A stretch of 64,000 bases of DNA from an uncultured Actinomycetes bacterium (GTDB lineage Bacteria > Actinomycetota > Thermoleophilia > Gaiellales > Gaiellaceae), in contig CAVYYY010000003.1 of NCBI GenBank assembly GCA_963772855.1, positions 568,290-632,289 of the forward strand, given 5' to 3'. Under the pieces are notes generated by a model. It searched no databases. It was not told where the DNA came from and saw only the letters and a program-made list of their open reading frames with translations. Both the position numbers and the translations under genes were made by a program. Positions 22,438-33,096 of this stretch are shown one piece after another. How positions within the stretch are numbered: position 1 is the stretch's first letter; every line of letters begins with the position of its first letter.

Positions 22438-22952
22438 TGCTCGCGGACGGTCTCAAGGCCGCGGCCCTGCTCTTCTTCGTCGTCGTCGTCCAGCTCTCGA
22501 TCATCGCGAACGTCGAGATCCTCGGCGGCCATCCGAACCTCTTGCTCGTGACGCTCGTGTGCGTCGCGCTTTTGCGCGGCGCGATCTTCGGCGCCGTCGC
22601 CGGCTTTTGCGCCGGTCTCCTACTCGACACGGGCGTGTTCGGCACGCTCGGATTCACCGCACTGCTGCTCACGCTCGCGGGCTACTGGACGGGCCGCTAC
22701 GGGGAGACGACCGGCCGCGACCGCGCGCACGCGCCGCTGCTCTCCATCGCCGTCATTACCGTGCTCTACCAGGTCGCCGCGCTGGTGCTGCGGTTCATCC
22801 TCGGCGAGCATGCGCCGGCGAGCCACATCTTCGGCGGGCTCGTGCCGACCGTTTTCCTGAACCTCATCCTCACCGTGCCCGTCTACGCTCTGACGAGCCG
22901 GCTGCTGCGTCCGCGCGAGTGGGTCCCCCGCGAGGTGCGCCTCCTTGGCTAA
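22437..22952 (+). CDS. mreD: rod shape-determining protein MreD
   Basis: 171-aa polytopic membrane ORF. Its start overlaps the mreC stop (TGATG), and its position matches conserved synteny. Confidence 0.8.
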   Translation: MLADGLKAAALLFFVVVVQLSIIANVEILGGHPNLLLVTLVCVALLRGAIFGAVAGFCAGLLLDTGVFGTLGFTALLLTLAGYWTGRYGETTGRDRAHAPLLSIAVITVLYQVAALVLRFILGEHAPASHIFGGLVPTVFLNLILTVPVYALTSRLLRPREWVPREVRLLG

Positions 22953-24979
22953 GCGCACGCTGTCGCGAAGGTTCCTTCCGCCGGACCCTCGGGTCGAGGA
23001 GCCTTATCGGCTGACGCCGCGTCTTGCGGTCCGCATCGGCGTGCTCGGGATGCTGGCTATCGCCGTCTTCGCCGTGCTCTTCCTGCGGCTCTGGTCGCTT
23101 CAGATCCTGAACGGCGAGCAGCTGCTGAAGCGCGGCGCAAGACAACCAGCGCCGTGACGTCCGCATCCAGGCGCCGCGCGGGCCGATCGTCGACCGGAAC
23201 GGCCAGGTCCTGGTGACGAACGTCCCGGGCACCGCCGTCCAGATCTGGCAGTCCGACCTGCCCAAGCAGAAGGCGGTGCGCTTCCGCGAGCTGCGGCGCC
23301 TCGGCCGGGTGCTGCACGTCCCGGTCCGCCAGATCCTCGCCACCCTCCACCGCCACCGGAACGACCCGCTCACCCCGGTGAAGATCAAGGAGGGCGTCCC
23401 GAAGATGCAGGTGCTCTACCTCAAGGAGCGTGCCGAGGACTTCCCGGGCGTACAGATCGCATCGACATACCTGCGGTACTACCCGCACAAGCAGCTCGGG
23501 GCGCACGTGCTCGGCTACGTGAGCGAGATCTCAGCCGAGCAGCTGAAGGCCCGGCGGGGTCAGGGGTATCGCGGCGGCGACACCATCGGCCAGACCGGGA
23601 TCGAGGCGTACTACGACCGCTACCTCCGCGGCACGGCCGGGCTCGCCCAGCTCCGCGTCAACTCCCTCGGCAAGCCGCTCGGGCCGGCGCAGACGAAGGT
23701 CCTCCCGCACGCCGGCAACGCGGTGCGGCTCACGCTCGACGTCCGGCTGCAGATGGCCGCCGAGGAGGCGCTGCGCTACGGGATCGACCGGGCGCGCAAC
23801 TCCAACTGCTACGGATGCTGGAACGCGAACGGCGGCGCCATCGTCGCGCTCGACCCGCGCGACGGGTCGGTGCGTGCGCTCGCGTCCTATCCGACCTACC
23901 GCCCCTCGCTCTTCACGGGACGCGTGCGCACGAGCGCGCTCGACGCCGCCGGGCTCACGTCGCGGACGGCGAAGGCGGCGAACTACCCCGCGCTCGACCG
24001 CGCGATCGACGCCGCGTATCCGCCGGGCTCGACCTTCAAGCCCGTCACTGCGCTCGCGGCGATGCAGGAGCACATCCTCCAGCCCTTCGAGTCGCTTCCG
24101 TGCACGGGCTCGTACGAGGTGCGCGGCGACAACGGCGTCATCTACACGTTCAAGAACTGGGATCCGTTCGTGAACGAGGCGATGACCCTGCCGACCGCGC
24201 TCGCCGCCTCGTGCGACACCTACTTCTACCAAGTGGGCTACCGCTTCTACGGGATGCCGGCCGATCGCGGGCCGCGCCTGCAGCGCTGGGCCAGCCGCTT
24301 CGGGTTCGGCCAGTCCACGGGCATCGACCTCGGCGCCGAGGTACCCGGCCTGCTGCCGACGCCGAAGTGGCGGCGCGAGACGTACACGCGGAAGACCGAC
24401 CCGAAGGAGTGGCGCGTCGATCGCCTCTGGAAGCCGGGTGACTCGATCCAGCTCGCGATCGGCCAGAAGGACCTGTTGGTGACGCCGATGCAGATGGCCC
24501 GGTTCTACGCCCTGATCGCCAACGGCGGGCGACTCGTGACGCCGCACATGCTGCTCGACGTCGAGCAGCCGTCGGCGAACGGTCAGCGCGGGCGCGCGCT
24601 GCCCACGTCGCCTTCGCCCGCGCCCGAGCCGACGAACGTCGACGCGCAGGCACTGCAAGTCGTGCGCGACGGCCTCTACGAGGCGACGCACTACTCGTTC
24701 GGCACGGCATCGTCGATCTTCGGCAATTTCCCGATCCCGATCTCCGGGAAGACGGGAACGGCCGAGAAGGTCATCGATCCGGGCGACGGCTACCCGCGGA
24801 CATTCGACCAGGCCTGGTTCTGCGGCTACGGGCCGTCCGACTCGCCGGAGCTCGTCGTCTGCGCGATGATCGAGAACGGCGGCCACGGCGGCGACGTCGC
24901 GGCACCAGCGGCGTTGAAGGTCTTCGAGAAATTCTTCGGCAAGCAATCCGTCCAGACCGGGCCGATCCACACCGACTGA
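22945..24979 (+). CDS. mrdA: penicillin-binding protein 2 (elongasome transpeptidase); one frame break ~23130
   Basis: ORF 22945..23157 gives the TM anchor and LQILNGEQ. ORF 23213..24979, whose frame is open upstream, gives AQDNQRRDVRIQAPRGPIVDRNG. The active site is PPGSTFKP, with later SGKTGTAE. Confidence 0.9.
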
Positions 24980-26173
24980 TGGTCGACTACGTCTCCAACG
25001 GGAGAGCTGCGGCGCGCGCACGACGGCGAGAGACCTCAGAGGTCGCCTCGTTCGTGCGGCGGCTGGACTGGGTGCTGATCGGGTCGGTCGGAGCCGTCGT
25101 GGGCTACGGGCTCTGGGCGATCGCGGGGATCACGGAGCACGACGTTGCGGGCGACCCGAACTACTACCTCACCCGCCAGGTCGCCTTCGTCGTCATCGGA
25201 ATGATCGGGCTGGTCGCTGCGCTGCTGATCGATCCGGACGTCTACCGGACGCGCTGGCGCTACATCTTCGGCGGGACGACCGGCGTGATCGCGCTCGTCA
25301 TCCTCCTCGGCTCGGCGAGCCGAGGATCGAAGCGGTGGCTCGACCTCGGCTTTTTCCGCTTCCAGCCGTCGGAGTTCGGGAAGGTGCTGTTCGTGCTCGC
25401 GCTCGCGGGCTTCCTCGCCGAGCGCTCACGCCGCCTCAACGAGTTCCGGACGACGCTCACCGCCCTCGGGCTCGCGTCGATCCCGATCTTCCTCGTCTTC
25501 GTCCAGCCCGACTTCGGCACTGCACTGGTGTACTGCGCCGCCGTCGGGGCGGTCCTGTTCGTGGCCGGGACGCCCTGGTTCCACATGGGGCTGCTGCTCG
25601 CGGGAGCGGTCGGCCTCGGGGTGCTCGTCCTCGCGGTCCTGCCGTCTCTCGGCATGCCGGTGCTCAAGAGCTACCAGCAGCACCGCATCACCGGGTTCGT
25701 CAATCCGGACAGCGACCCGGGCGGGACGACGTACAACGTCACACAGTCGAAGAACGCCATCGGCGCGGGACAGTGCTGCGGCCGCGGCAGTCGACAACGC
25801 GACGCAGACGACACTCAACTTCCTGCCGGAGCATCACACCGACTTCGTCTTCGCCTCGCTCGCCGAGCAGCGCGGGTTCGTCGGCGCCGCCATCCTCCTG
25901 ATGCTCTACCTGCTGGTCGTGTGGCGCGGCTTCCGGATCGTCGCCATCGCCCGTGATCCGTTCTCCGCGATCGTCGCGGGCGGGCTGGTCTTCGCGCTCC
26001 TCTTCCAGATCTTCGTCAACGTGGGGATGACGATGGGCATCGCGCCGATCACGGGCATCCCGCTCCCATTCGTCAGCGTCGGGGGGTCGTCGATGATCGC
26101 CAACCTGCTGGCGGTCGGCCTCCTGCTCTCGATCCACGTGCGCGCCCGCGGCGCGCGGCGTCAGGGAAGCTAG
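24979..26173 (+). CDS. rodA: rod shape-determining protein RodA (SEDS glycosyltransferase); one frame break ~25790
   Basis: ORF 24979..25956 carries FQPSEFGK and QPDFGTAL. The +1 frame plus ORF 25901..26173 continues with LNFLPEHHTDFVFASLAEQRGF...PFVSVGGSS. Confidence 0.9.
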
Positions 26174-26370
26174 GCCGCCTCCGCGGCGGGCTTGAGCTTC
26201 GCCCGGCGGGTCGTGATCGCGCGGAGCCGCTGCGACAGCCGCGCCCAGGCCCAGGGCTCGACCTCCTTGTACCGCAGCACCGATTGACCGCGGGTCGCCT
26301 CCAGGTACTCGAACCAGGCGTCGGCCTCCTCGATCAGCAGCAGTTCGTAGGCTTCTCGTTGTCCGGCCAC
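26170..26370 (-). CDS. hypothetical 66-aa protein
   Basis: ORF with a GTG start preceded by GGGAGGTG at about 7 nt. The composition looks normal (not the Arg/Ala-rich off-frame type). It is convergent with rodA. Confidence 0.5.
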   Translation of the reverse strand: MAGQREAYELLLIEEADAWFEYLEATRGQSVLRYKEVEPWAWARLSQRLRAITTRRAKLKPAAEAA

Positions 26371-26565
26371 CAGAGGTCACCTCCCGGTCGCTTGATGGCC
26401 GAAGCGTAGGACCAGGACCGGACAGCGCGGCCACGGTGGGCCGCCAGGCCGGTTGCTAGCCTGTGTGGAGATGTTCATCACCATCCATCACGACCCGCCG
26501 CGCACGCTCCGCGCCGCCTCACTCGCAGGCGTTGCTGCAGCGCGCGCGCACGAAGGAGATTTCGC

Positions 26566-29258
26566 TTGCGTTTGTTTCGACGAAGAAAGACGTCCGAGGA
26601 GCAGGCGCCTACCCTGGCTGCCGCTCCCGCTGCAACACCCCAGCCCGTAAGCAGCGAGCCCGCCGCGGAGGCGGGACAAGAGAGCGCGACAAAGCCCAAG
26701 CGCCGCCGAGGCAGCCGGGGCGGTCGCGGTCGTAGCCGCAAGACCTCGGCCGAGGCGAAGGCCAAGACCGAGACGGCCAAGCCAAGACCAAGACCGAGGC
26801 CAAGCCCGAGGAAGAAGACCGGCGCCGCGAAGCCCGAGCGGAAGCGCCGCGGACCGGAAGACCGCGTCGCAGGGGCGCGAGCGCGCTCAGCCGCGCCGCC
26901 GCCGTGAGCCGCCACGCCGCGCGCCGCTCCCAGAGGCGAAGCGCGAGTTGCTCGTGTCCGTCGACGTCGGCGAGCAGCGCGTCGCCGTCCTCGAGGACGA
27001 CCGGGTCGCCGAGGTCTACCTCGAGCGGCCGGAGCGGCGCTCGATCGCCGGCAACATCTACCTCGGCACGGTCGACAACGTCCTGCCGGGCATGGAGGCC
27101 GCGTTCATCGAGATCGGCCTCGAGAAGAACGGGTTCCTCTACGTCGACGAGATCGTCACGCCCGAATTGGAGGGCAAGGCCCGGCACGGCAAGAAGATCC
27201 AGGACCTGATCAGCCGGGGCCAGAGCATCATGGTCCAGGCGGTCAAGGATCCGATGAAGACGAAGGGTGCGAGGCTCACGACCGAGATCTCGCTGCCGGG
27301 GCGCTTCGTCGTCTACCAGCCGAACGGCGACGGCTTCGGCGTCTCGCGCCGGCTCGACGACGACGAGCGCACGCGGCTCAAGGACATCCTGAAGGGTCTC
27401 GACCTGAAGGGCGGAGGCGTGATCGTCCGCACGGCCGCCGAGGGCGCGTCCCCGGAGGACATCGAGCGCGACCTCGTCTTCCTCCAGAAGCTCTGGAAGG
27501 CGATCGACGCCCAGGCAAAGAAGGCGAAGCCGCCGACGCTGCTCTACCAGGAGGCCGAGCTCCCGCTTCGCGTCACGCGCGACCTCTTCACGGACGGATT
27601 CGAGAAGGCCTACGTCGACAACGATCGGGCCTTCAAGCGGATCGTCGGCTACCTGAAGAAGACGTCGCCGCACATGGTCGAGCGCGTCGTGCGGTACAAG
27701 GAGAAGGAGCCGCTGATGGAAGCGTACGGCGTCGACGCGGAGATCAAGTCGACGCTGAGCCGCAGGGTCGACCTTCCCTCCGGCGGCTATCTCATCTTCG
27801 ACTACGCCGAGGCGTTCACCGTCATCGACGTGAACACGGGCCGCTTCGTCGGCTCCCGTTCGAAGTCTTCCGGCGCACGGCTCGAGGACACGATCACGAA
27901 GAACAACCTCGAGGCGGTGAAGGAGGTCGTACGCCAGCTGCGACTGCGCGACATCGGCGGGATCATCGTCATCGACTTCATCGACATGGCGAACCCGAAG
28001 AACCGGGCTGCCGTCGAGGAGGCGCTCCGGACCGAGCTCGAGCGCGACCGGACGAAGACGTACGTCGTCGAGATCTCGCCGCTCGGGCTCGTCGAGATGA
28101 CGCGCCAGAACGTGACCGACGGCCCGCGCGAGGTCATGACGAGGAAGTGCCCCACCTGCGGCGGCGACGGGATCGTCATCTCGGAGGCGTCGGCGGCGGT
28201 CGAAGTCGAGCGCCGGCTGCGCGCGCTCGCGGCGGGCTCACGCCACCAGGCGTACCGCGTCGAGGTCGCGGCAAAGGTCGCATCGGCCCTGATCGGACCG
28301 GGCGCGTCGCGGCTCATCGAGCTCGAGGATCAGACACGGCGGCGCTTCTACCTCGTGTCCAAGGACGACGTGCATCTGGACCACTTCCTCGTCCTCGCCG
28401 AGGGCAAGCGCGAGGAGCTCGCCGCGCACGGCCCGGTCGAGGAGGGCGCGACGGTTGAGATGAAGCTCGTCGAGGTCGGTCTCCGCGACCCGGCGGCCGG
28501 CGTCGGGAAGGTCGACGGCATCGACGTCTACGTTGCCGACGCGGCGAAGCTCGTGGGGAAGAAGGTGAAAGCCGAGATCGTGCGCGTCGTCGACGGCACC
28601 GCCTACGCGATTCCGGCCGGCCGCGTCGCCGCGGCCGCCGGGCCGATCACGGCCGAGACGGAGGCCGAGAAGCCGACGCGCAAGCCCGCGGCCAAGAAGG
28701 CCGAGGCCGGCCCGGTCGAAACCACGTCCGAGAACGACGCAGAGCCGATGAGCGAGGAGGACGAGGACGACGTCGACGAGGAGGACGTCGACGAGCCGGC
28801 GGCCGAGGTCGAGGCAGTGGCGGACGGGGAAGCGAAGCCGAAGAAGAGGACGCGGCGCGGTACGCGGGGAGGTCGCGGCCGGAAGCGGAAGACCGCGGCG
28901 AAGTCTGCGGCGGCCACGTCGAACGGCGCAGGGGATCCTGAGGAGGCCGTCCCCGTCGTCGCGAAGATCCACGTCCCGGCCGACGACATCGAGGTGCGGG
29001 AGGAGCCCGAGTCCGATTCGCGTGTCCGGACCCGAGGTGGCGTCGGACGACGAGGCTCCGAAGCCGAAGAAGAAGACCCGCCGTGGTACGCGCGGAGGAC
29101 GCGGGCGCAAGCGGAAGACGGCGGCTGCCGTCGCATCGAGCTCCGAGGAGGCCGCACAGAGCGCCCCGGCGGAGGCGGATTCCGAGCCGGAACCTGCCGG
29201 CGAGTGGGACTACGTCCCGATGTCGGAGTGGGGCGAAGACGGCGAACTGCGCCGCTAG
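26566..29258 (+). CDS. rne: ribonuclease E/G family (RNase E) with Arg-rich N- and C-terminal extensions; at least 2 frame breaks (~26800-26905, ~29015)
   Basis: The TTG start follows GAAGGAGA. The S1 domain is [23 protein letters not shown], and the catalytic core includes IVIDFIDM and CPTCGGDG. Arg-rich [22 protein letters not shown] modules occur. The C-terminus is in ORF 29022..29258. Confidence 0.9.
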
Positions 29259-29311
29259 CGTCCGCTACACTTCACGCGCTCGCGGGCCCCACGGGCCCGC
29301 ATTTTCACGCC

Positions 29312-29876
29312 ATGGCTGCCACGAAAGACTCCTACGCGATCATCTCGCTCGGCGGGAAGCAGTACGTCGTCCACGAGGGCGAGCGGCTGCTCGTCGACCG
29401 CCTGAAGACCGACGAGGGCAAGACGTTCCACCCGGACGTCCTCTTCCTCGGCGGCGACGGCGAGGGCACGCTCGCGCCGAAAATCGCAGGTGACCGCGAA
29501 GGTCGTCGGCCACGTGCTTGGCGACAAGATCCGCATCGGCAAGCGCCGGCCAAGACGGGCTATCGCAAGCAGACGGGGTTCCGCGCGCATCTCTCGCAGA
29601 TCGAGATCCAGTCGATCGGCGGCGGCCGGAGCGCCGGCGCCGCGAAGGAGGCGCCCGCCCGTAAGGCGAAGGAAGAGCCGGCCGAGGCAGCCGCTGCCGC
29701 AGCAGCCGCCGCGGGGATACGCCGACTTCACGGTCGCCGACATCTCCGAGAAGTCCAAGCGGTGGAAGGTGGAGCAACTGCAGGCGGCACTCGAGTACGA
29801 GCAGGAGCACGCAAAGCGAAAGGGAGCGATCGCGGCACTCGAGTCCGCGCTCGCCACGAAGCAGGAGAGCGAGTAA
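29312..29876 (+). CDS. rplU: 50S ribosomal protein L21 with a ~85-aa C-terminal extension; ~3 frame breaks (~29485, ~29545, ~29715)
   Basis: [24 protein letters not shown] lies in the long frame-2 [21 protein letters not shown] in ORF 29490 and [18 protein letters not shown] back in the long frame-2 ORF. The tail ends in ORF 29490..29876 and overlaps rpmA (TAATG). Confidence 0.85.
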
Positions 29877-30136
29877 TGGCTCACAAGAAGGGACTCGGCT
29901 CGTCGCGGAACGGCCGCGACTCGAACCCGAAGATGCTCGGCGTGAAGATCTTCTCCGGCCAGGAGGTCAAGGCCGGGATGATCCTCGTGCGCCAGCGCGG
30001 GACGAGGTTTCGGCCCGGAGCGGGAACGGGCATCGGTCGCGACGACACGATCTTCGCGACGCGGCCGGGGACGGTCGCCTTCCGGACGAGCGGCGAGCGC
30101 CGCTTCGTCTCGGTCGTCGAGAACCAGGACTCCTAG
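29876..30136 (+). CDS. rpmA: 50S ribosomal protein L27
   Basis: [24 protein letters not shown]... is canonical L27. It forms the end of the long frame-2 ORF 26948..30136. Confidence 0.95.
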   Translation: MAHKKGLGSSRNGRDSNPKMLGVKIFSGQEVKAGMILVRQRGTRFRPGAGTGIGRDDTIFATRPGTVAFRTSGERRFVSVVENQDS

Positions 30137-30900
30137 CCCGGCACGGTCCCGGCGGCCGCCCAGGCACGGGCGGTGATCCGGAAGGGCTCGTCCCCGACAC
30201 CGAGCCGTCGGCGATACGCGTCGTGCAGCGCCGCACGCTCGTCCTCGTCCAGCGAGACGCAGAACGCACCCGCCGGGCCGATGCCTGCGGTGAACGGCGC
30301 CCAGAGATCCTCGAAGCCGTCGTAGTCCCCGGCGGCGACGATGGCGTCGAAGCGGACGTCTTCGAGCCCGCACTCCCGCCAGAGCCGGGCGAGCCCGCCT
30401 TCGTCGCACCAGTCCATCATCGGGCCCTCGTCCTCCGTCGGGCGCGCGTACCGGGTCGACTTCGCGCGCGGCATCCCAGAAGACTCGTAGGAGAGTCATC
30501 TCTCCCGCGTAGTCCCAGACCGAGGCCGCGACGACGCCTCCGGGCTTCGTCACGCGCGACAGCTCCCGGATCCCGGCGCGCGCGTCTGTCATGAAGTTCA
30601 CGACCAGCTGCGAGAGCGCGGCGTCGAACTCGCCGTCGTCAAACGGCAGGCTCTCCGCCTTCGCCACCACGACGTCGACTCCCGGCAGGCGCGAGCGGCA
30701 GGCCTCGACGAACGGCTCCGACGGGTCGGCGGCGCTGACGTTCTCGGCGCCGAGGCGGCCGACGAGGGCGGTCGTGAGCGCACCGGGACCGCAACCGACG
30801 TCGAGCGCGCGCATGCCGTCTCGCACGCCTGCAAGGTCGATGAGCGCTGCTGCCAGCTGCGGCCCGTAGCGTCCGACGTGTCGGTCGTACGCGTCTGCGG
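30133..30900 (-). CDS. class I SAM-dependent methyltransferase; frame break ~30470 and no canonical start found
   Basis: Motif [13 protein letters not shown] and [15 protein letters not shown] are in ORF 29255..30826, and the C-terminus is in ORF 30133..30474. Homology-like sequence ([23 protein letters not shown]) continues upstream to ~30900 without an ATG/GTG/TTG. Confidence 0.65.
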
Positions 30901-30948
30901 ATACCTGAAACGTGCGGCCAGTCTACGCAGCGGTTGTACCGTTCGCGC

Positions 30949-32143
30949 ATGTTCCACGACCGGGCGCGAATCCGAGTGCAGGCAGGACGAGGGGGCGACG
31001 GGAGCCTCCACTTCCGCCGCGAGAAGCACGTGCCGAAGGGAGGTCCCGACGGGGGTGACGGCGGTCCGGGCGGGGACGTCGTCCTGGTCGCCGACCCGGA
31101 TCTGCGCGACCTTTCGTCGTTCCGCGCCCGCAGGTGGTTCCGCGCCGAGAACGGCGAGCCGGGGCGGGGCGCCCTGAAGCACGGCGCGACCGGCGGCACC
31201 GTCGAGATCCGCGTCCCAGTGGGAACGCAGGTCCTCGACGAGGACGGCCAGCTCATCGCCGACCTCGCCGCGGCCAGCGCCCGGGTCGTCGCCGCGCGCG
31301 GAGGTCTGGCCGGCCGCGGCAACAAGCGGTTCGCCTCGCCGACGCGCCGGACGCCGCGCTTTGCCGAGACCGGGCTGCACCGGGGAGGAGGCGACGCTCG
31401 ACCTCCGTCTCAAGCTGCTGGCGGACGCCGCCCTCGCCGGCCTGCCGAACGCGGGCAAGTCGTCGCTCCTCGCGCGCATCTCCAACGCGCGGCCCAAGGT
31501 GGCGGACTATCCGTTCACGACCTGGCGCCGATCCTCGGCACGGTCGACGCGCCCGACGGCACGCGCCAGCTCACCGTGGCCGACGTACCCGGCCTCATCG
31601 AGGGCGCGAGCGAGGGTGTCGGGCTGGGCCACGAGTTCCTCGCGCACCTCGAGCGCGCGAACCTTCTCCTGCACGTGATCGACTCGTCGGAGGACGACAC
31701 GGCCGAGCGCTTCGAGACCATCGACCGCGAGCTCGCCGCGTACGGAGCGGGGCTGGAGCAGCGACCGCAGGCCGTCGTGCTCAACAAGATCGACCTCCGC
31801 CCGGACGAGCCGCGCGTTCGATGTCGCCGACGAGCGCATCGTTCGCGTGTTCCGCGTCTCGTGCGCGACGGGCGCCGGAATCGAGGAGCTCAAGCGCGAG
31901 CTCTTCGAGCTCTGCCCGCCGCAGGCGCCGGTCGAGGACGCCGGCGACGGGCTCGTCGACTTCCTCGTCTACCGGCCTCGTCCCGGCGGACGTCGCTTCC
32001 GCATCCTGCGCACCGACCGCGGCTTCCGCATCGCCGGCGACGTGCCGGACGACGAGGCCGAGCTCGACGCCGCGCTCAAGGCCGCGGGCGCGCGCAAAGG
32101 CGACGAGGTCGAGGTCGACGGCGAGGTCATGGAGGTCCAGTGA
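30949..32143 (+). CDS. obg: GTPase Obg/CgtA; 3 frame breaks (~31385, ~31525, ~31815)
   Basis: The Obg fold is [40 protein letters not shown]1 [11 protein letters not shown] is in ORF 31361, and [10 protein letters not shown] and NKID are in the first frame. The C-terminal domain is in ORF 31847..32143. Confidence 0.9.
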
Positions 32144-32709
32144 CGGGGCTGCTCGGCGGGACGTTCAACCCCCCCCACAACGGCCACCTCGCTCTAGCGC
32201 GCGCCGCCGAGCAGCAGCTGGAGCTCGGCCGCCTCGTCGTGCTCGTCGGCGAGCGGCCCGGTCACAAGGAAGTACAGCTGGACGCTCGCCACCAGGCTGC
32301 GGCTCGCCCGGGCGGCGTTCCCAGACCACGAGGTCGAGCTCGACTCGTACGAGCGGACGGTCGACATGCTCCGCGACGGGCACTGGCGCGATCCGGTCTT
32401 CCTGCTCGGCGCCGACGAGTTCGCAGACTTCATGACGTGGAAGGATCCGAACGGCGTCGTCTCGCAGCGCACGACTCGCCGTCGCGACGAGGCCCGGGTA
32501 TCCGGTGGAGCGGCTCGACGACGTGCTGCGACAGCTCGACCGGCCAGACCGAGTCCAGTTCTTCGAGATCGAGCCCTGGCCGGTCTCGTCGACGCGAGAT
32601 CCGGGATCGAGTCACCAGCGGGGAGCCGATCGACGGGCTCGTGCCCCCGGCGGTTGCCGCCCTGATCGACTCACTCGGCCTCTACCGTGGAGCGCCGGGG
32701 CCTCGTTAG
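32140..32709 (+). CDS. nadD: nicotinate-nucleotide adenylyltransferase; about 3 frame breaks
   Basis: The GTG overlaps the obg stop (GTGA). The motif is GGTFNPPHNGHL. Later pieces (FLLGADEFADFMTWKDP; RVQFFEIEPWPVSS; EIRDRVTSGEPIDGLVPPAV) lie in three different frames. Confidence 0.85.
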   Translation: MTGLLGGTFNPPHNGHLALARAAEQQLELGRLVVLVGERPGHKEVQLDARHQAAARPGGVPRPRGRARLVRADGRHAPRRALARSGLPARRRRVRRLHDVEGSERRRLAAHDSPSRRGPGIRWSGSTTCCDSSTGQTESSSSRSSPGRSRRREIRDRVTSGEPIDGLVPPAVAALIDSLGLYRGAPGPR

Positions 32710-32805
32710 ACTTCGCGCCGACCGAGAGGATTTGAAGCCACACTGACGTCACTCGAACACGCGCGCCGCATCGCCGCCCTGGCCCAGGACAAGCTGGCCC
32801 AAGAC

Positions 32806-33096
32806 GTGGTCATCCTCGACATGCGGCCGGCCTGCTCCTACACGGACTACCTCGTCATCTGCACGGGACAGAACCCGCGCCAGACGGCGGCGATCTACGA
32901 CGAGGTCCAGTCGGGCATGAAGCACGGCGACGTGCGCCTTTTGCCGAAATCCGTCGACGGTCAGCGAGAGGCGACGTGGATCGTCGCCGACTACGTCGAC
33001 GTCGTCCTGCACGTCTTCACTCCCGACGCGCGCGACTACTACCGCCTCGAGGATCTCTGGGGCGACGTGCCGTCGGTCGAGCTCGCGATCGCCTAA
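32806..33096 (+). CDS. rsfS: ribosome silencing factor RsfS; true start probably upstream (~32743)
   Basis: The sequence DVVILDMRPACSYTDYLVICTG...DYVDVVLHVF...YYRLEDLW is canonical RsfS. In-frame, family-like sequence (SLEHARRIAALAQDKLAQD) precedes the GTG at 32806, but only a CTG codon is available there. Confidence 0.85.
   Translation: MVILDMRPACSYTDYLVICTGQNPRQTAAIYDEVQSGMKHGDVRLLPKSVDGQREATWIVADYVDVVLHVFTPDARDYYRLEDLWGDVPSVELAIA

Noticed and set aside
23531-25021. 496-aa minus-strand ORF
   Set aside because: It is antisense to mrdA (PBP2, which has the STFK and KTG motifs) and shows the typical high-GC antisense open frame.
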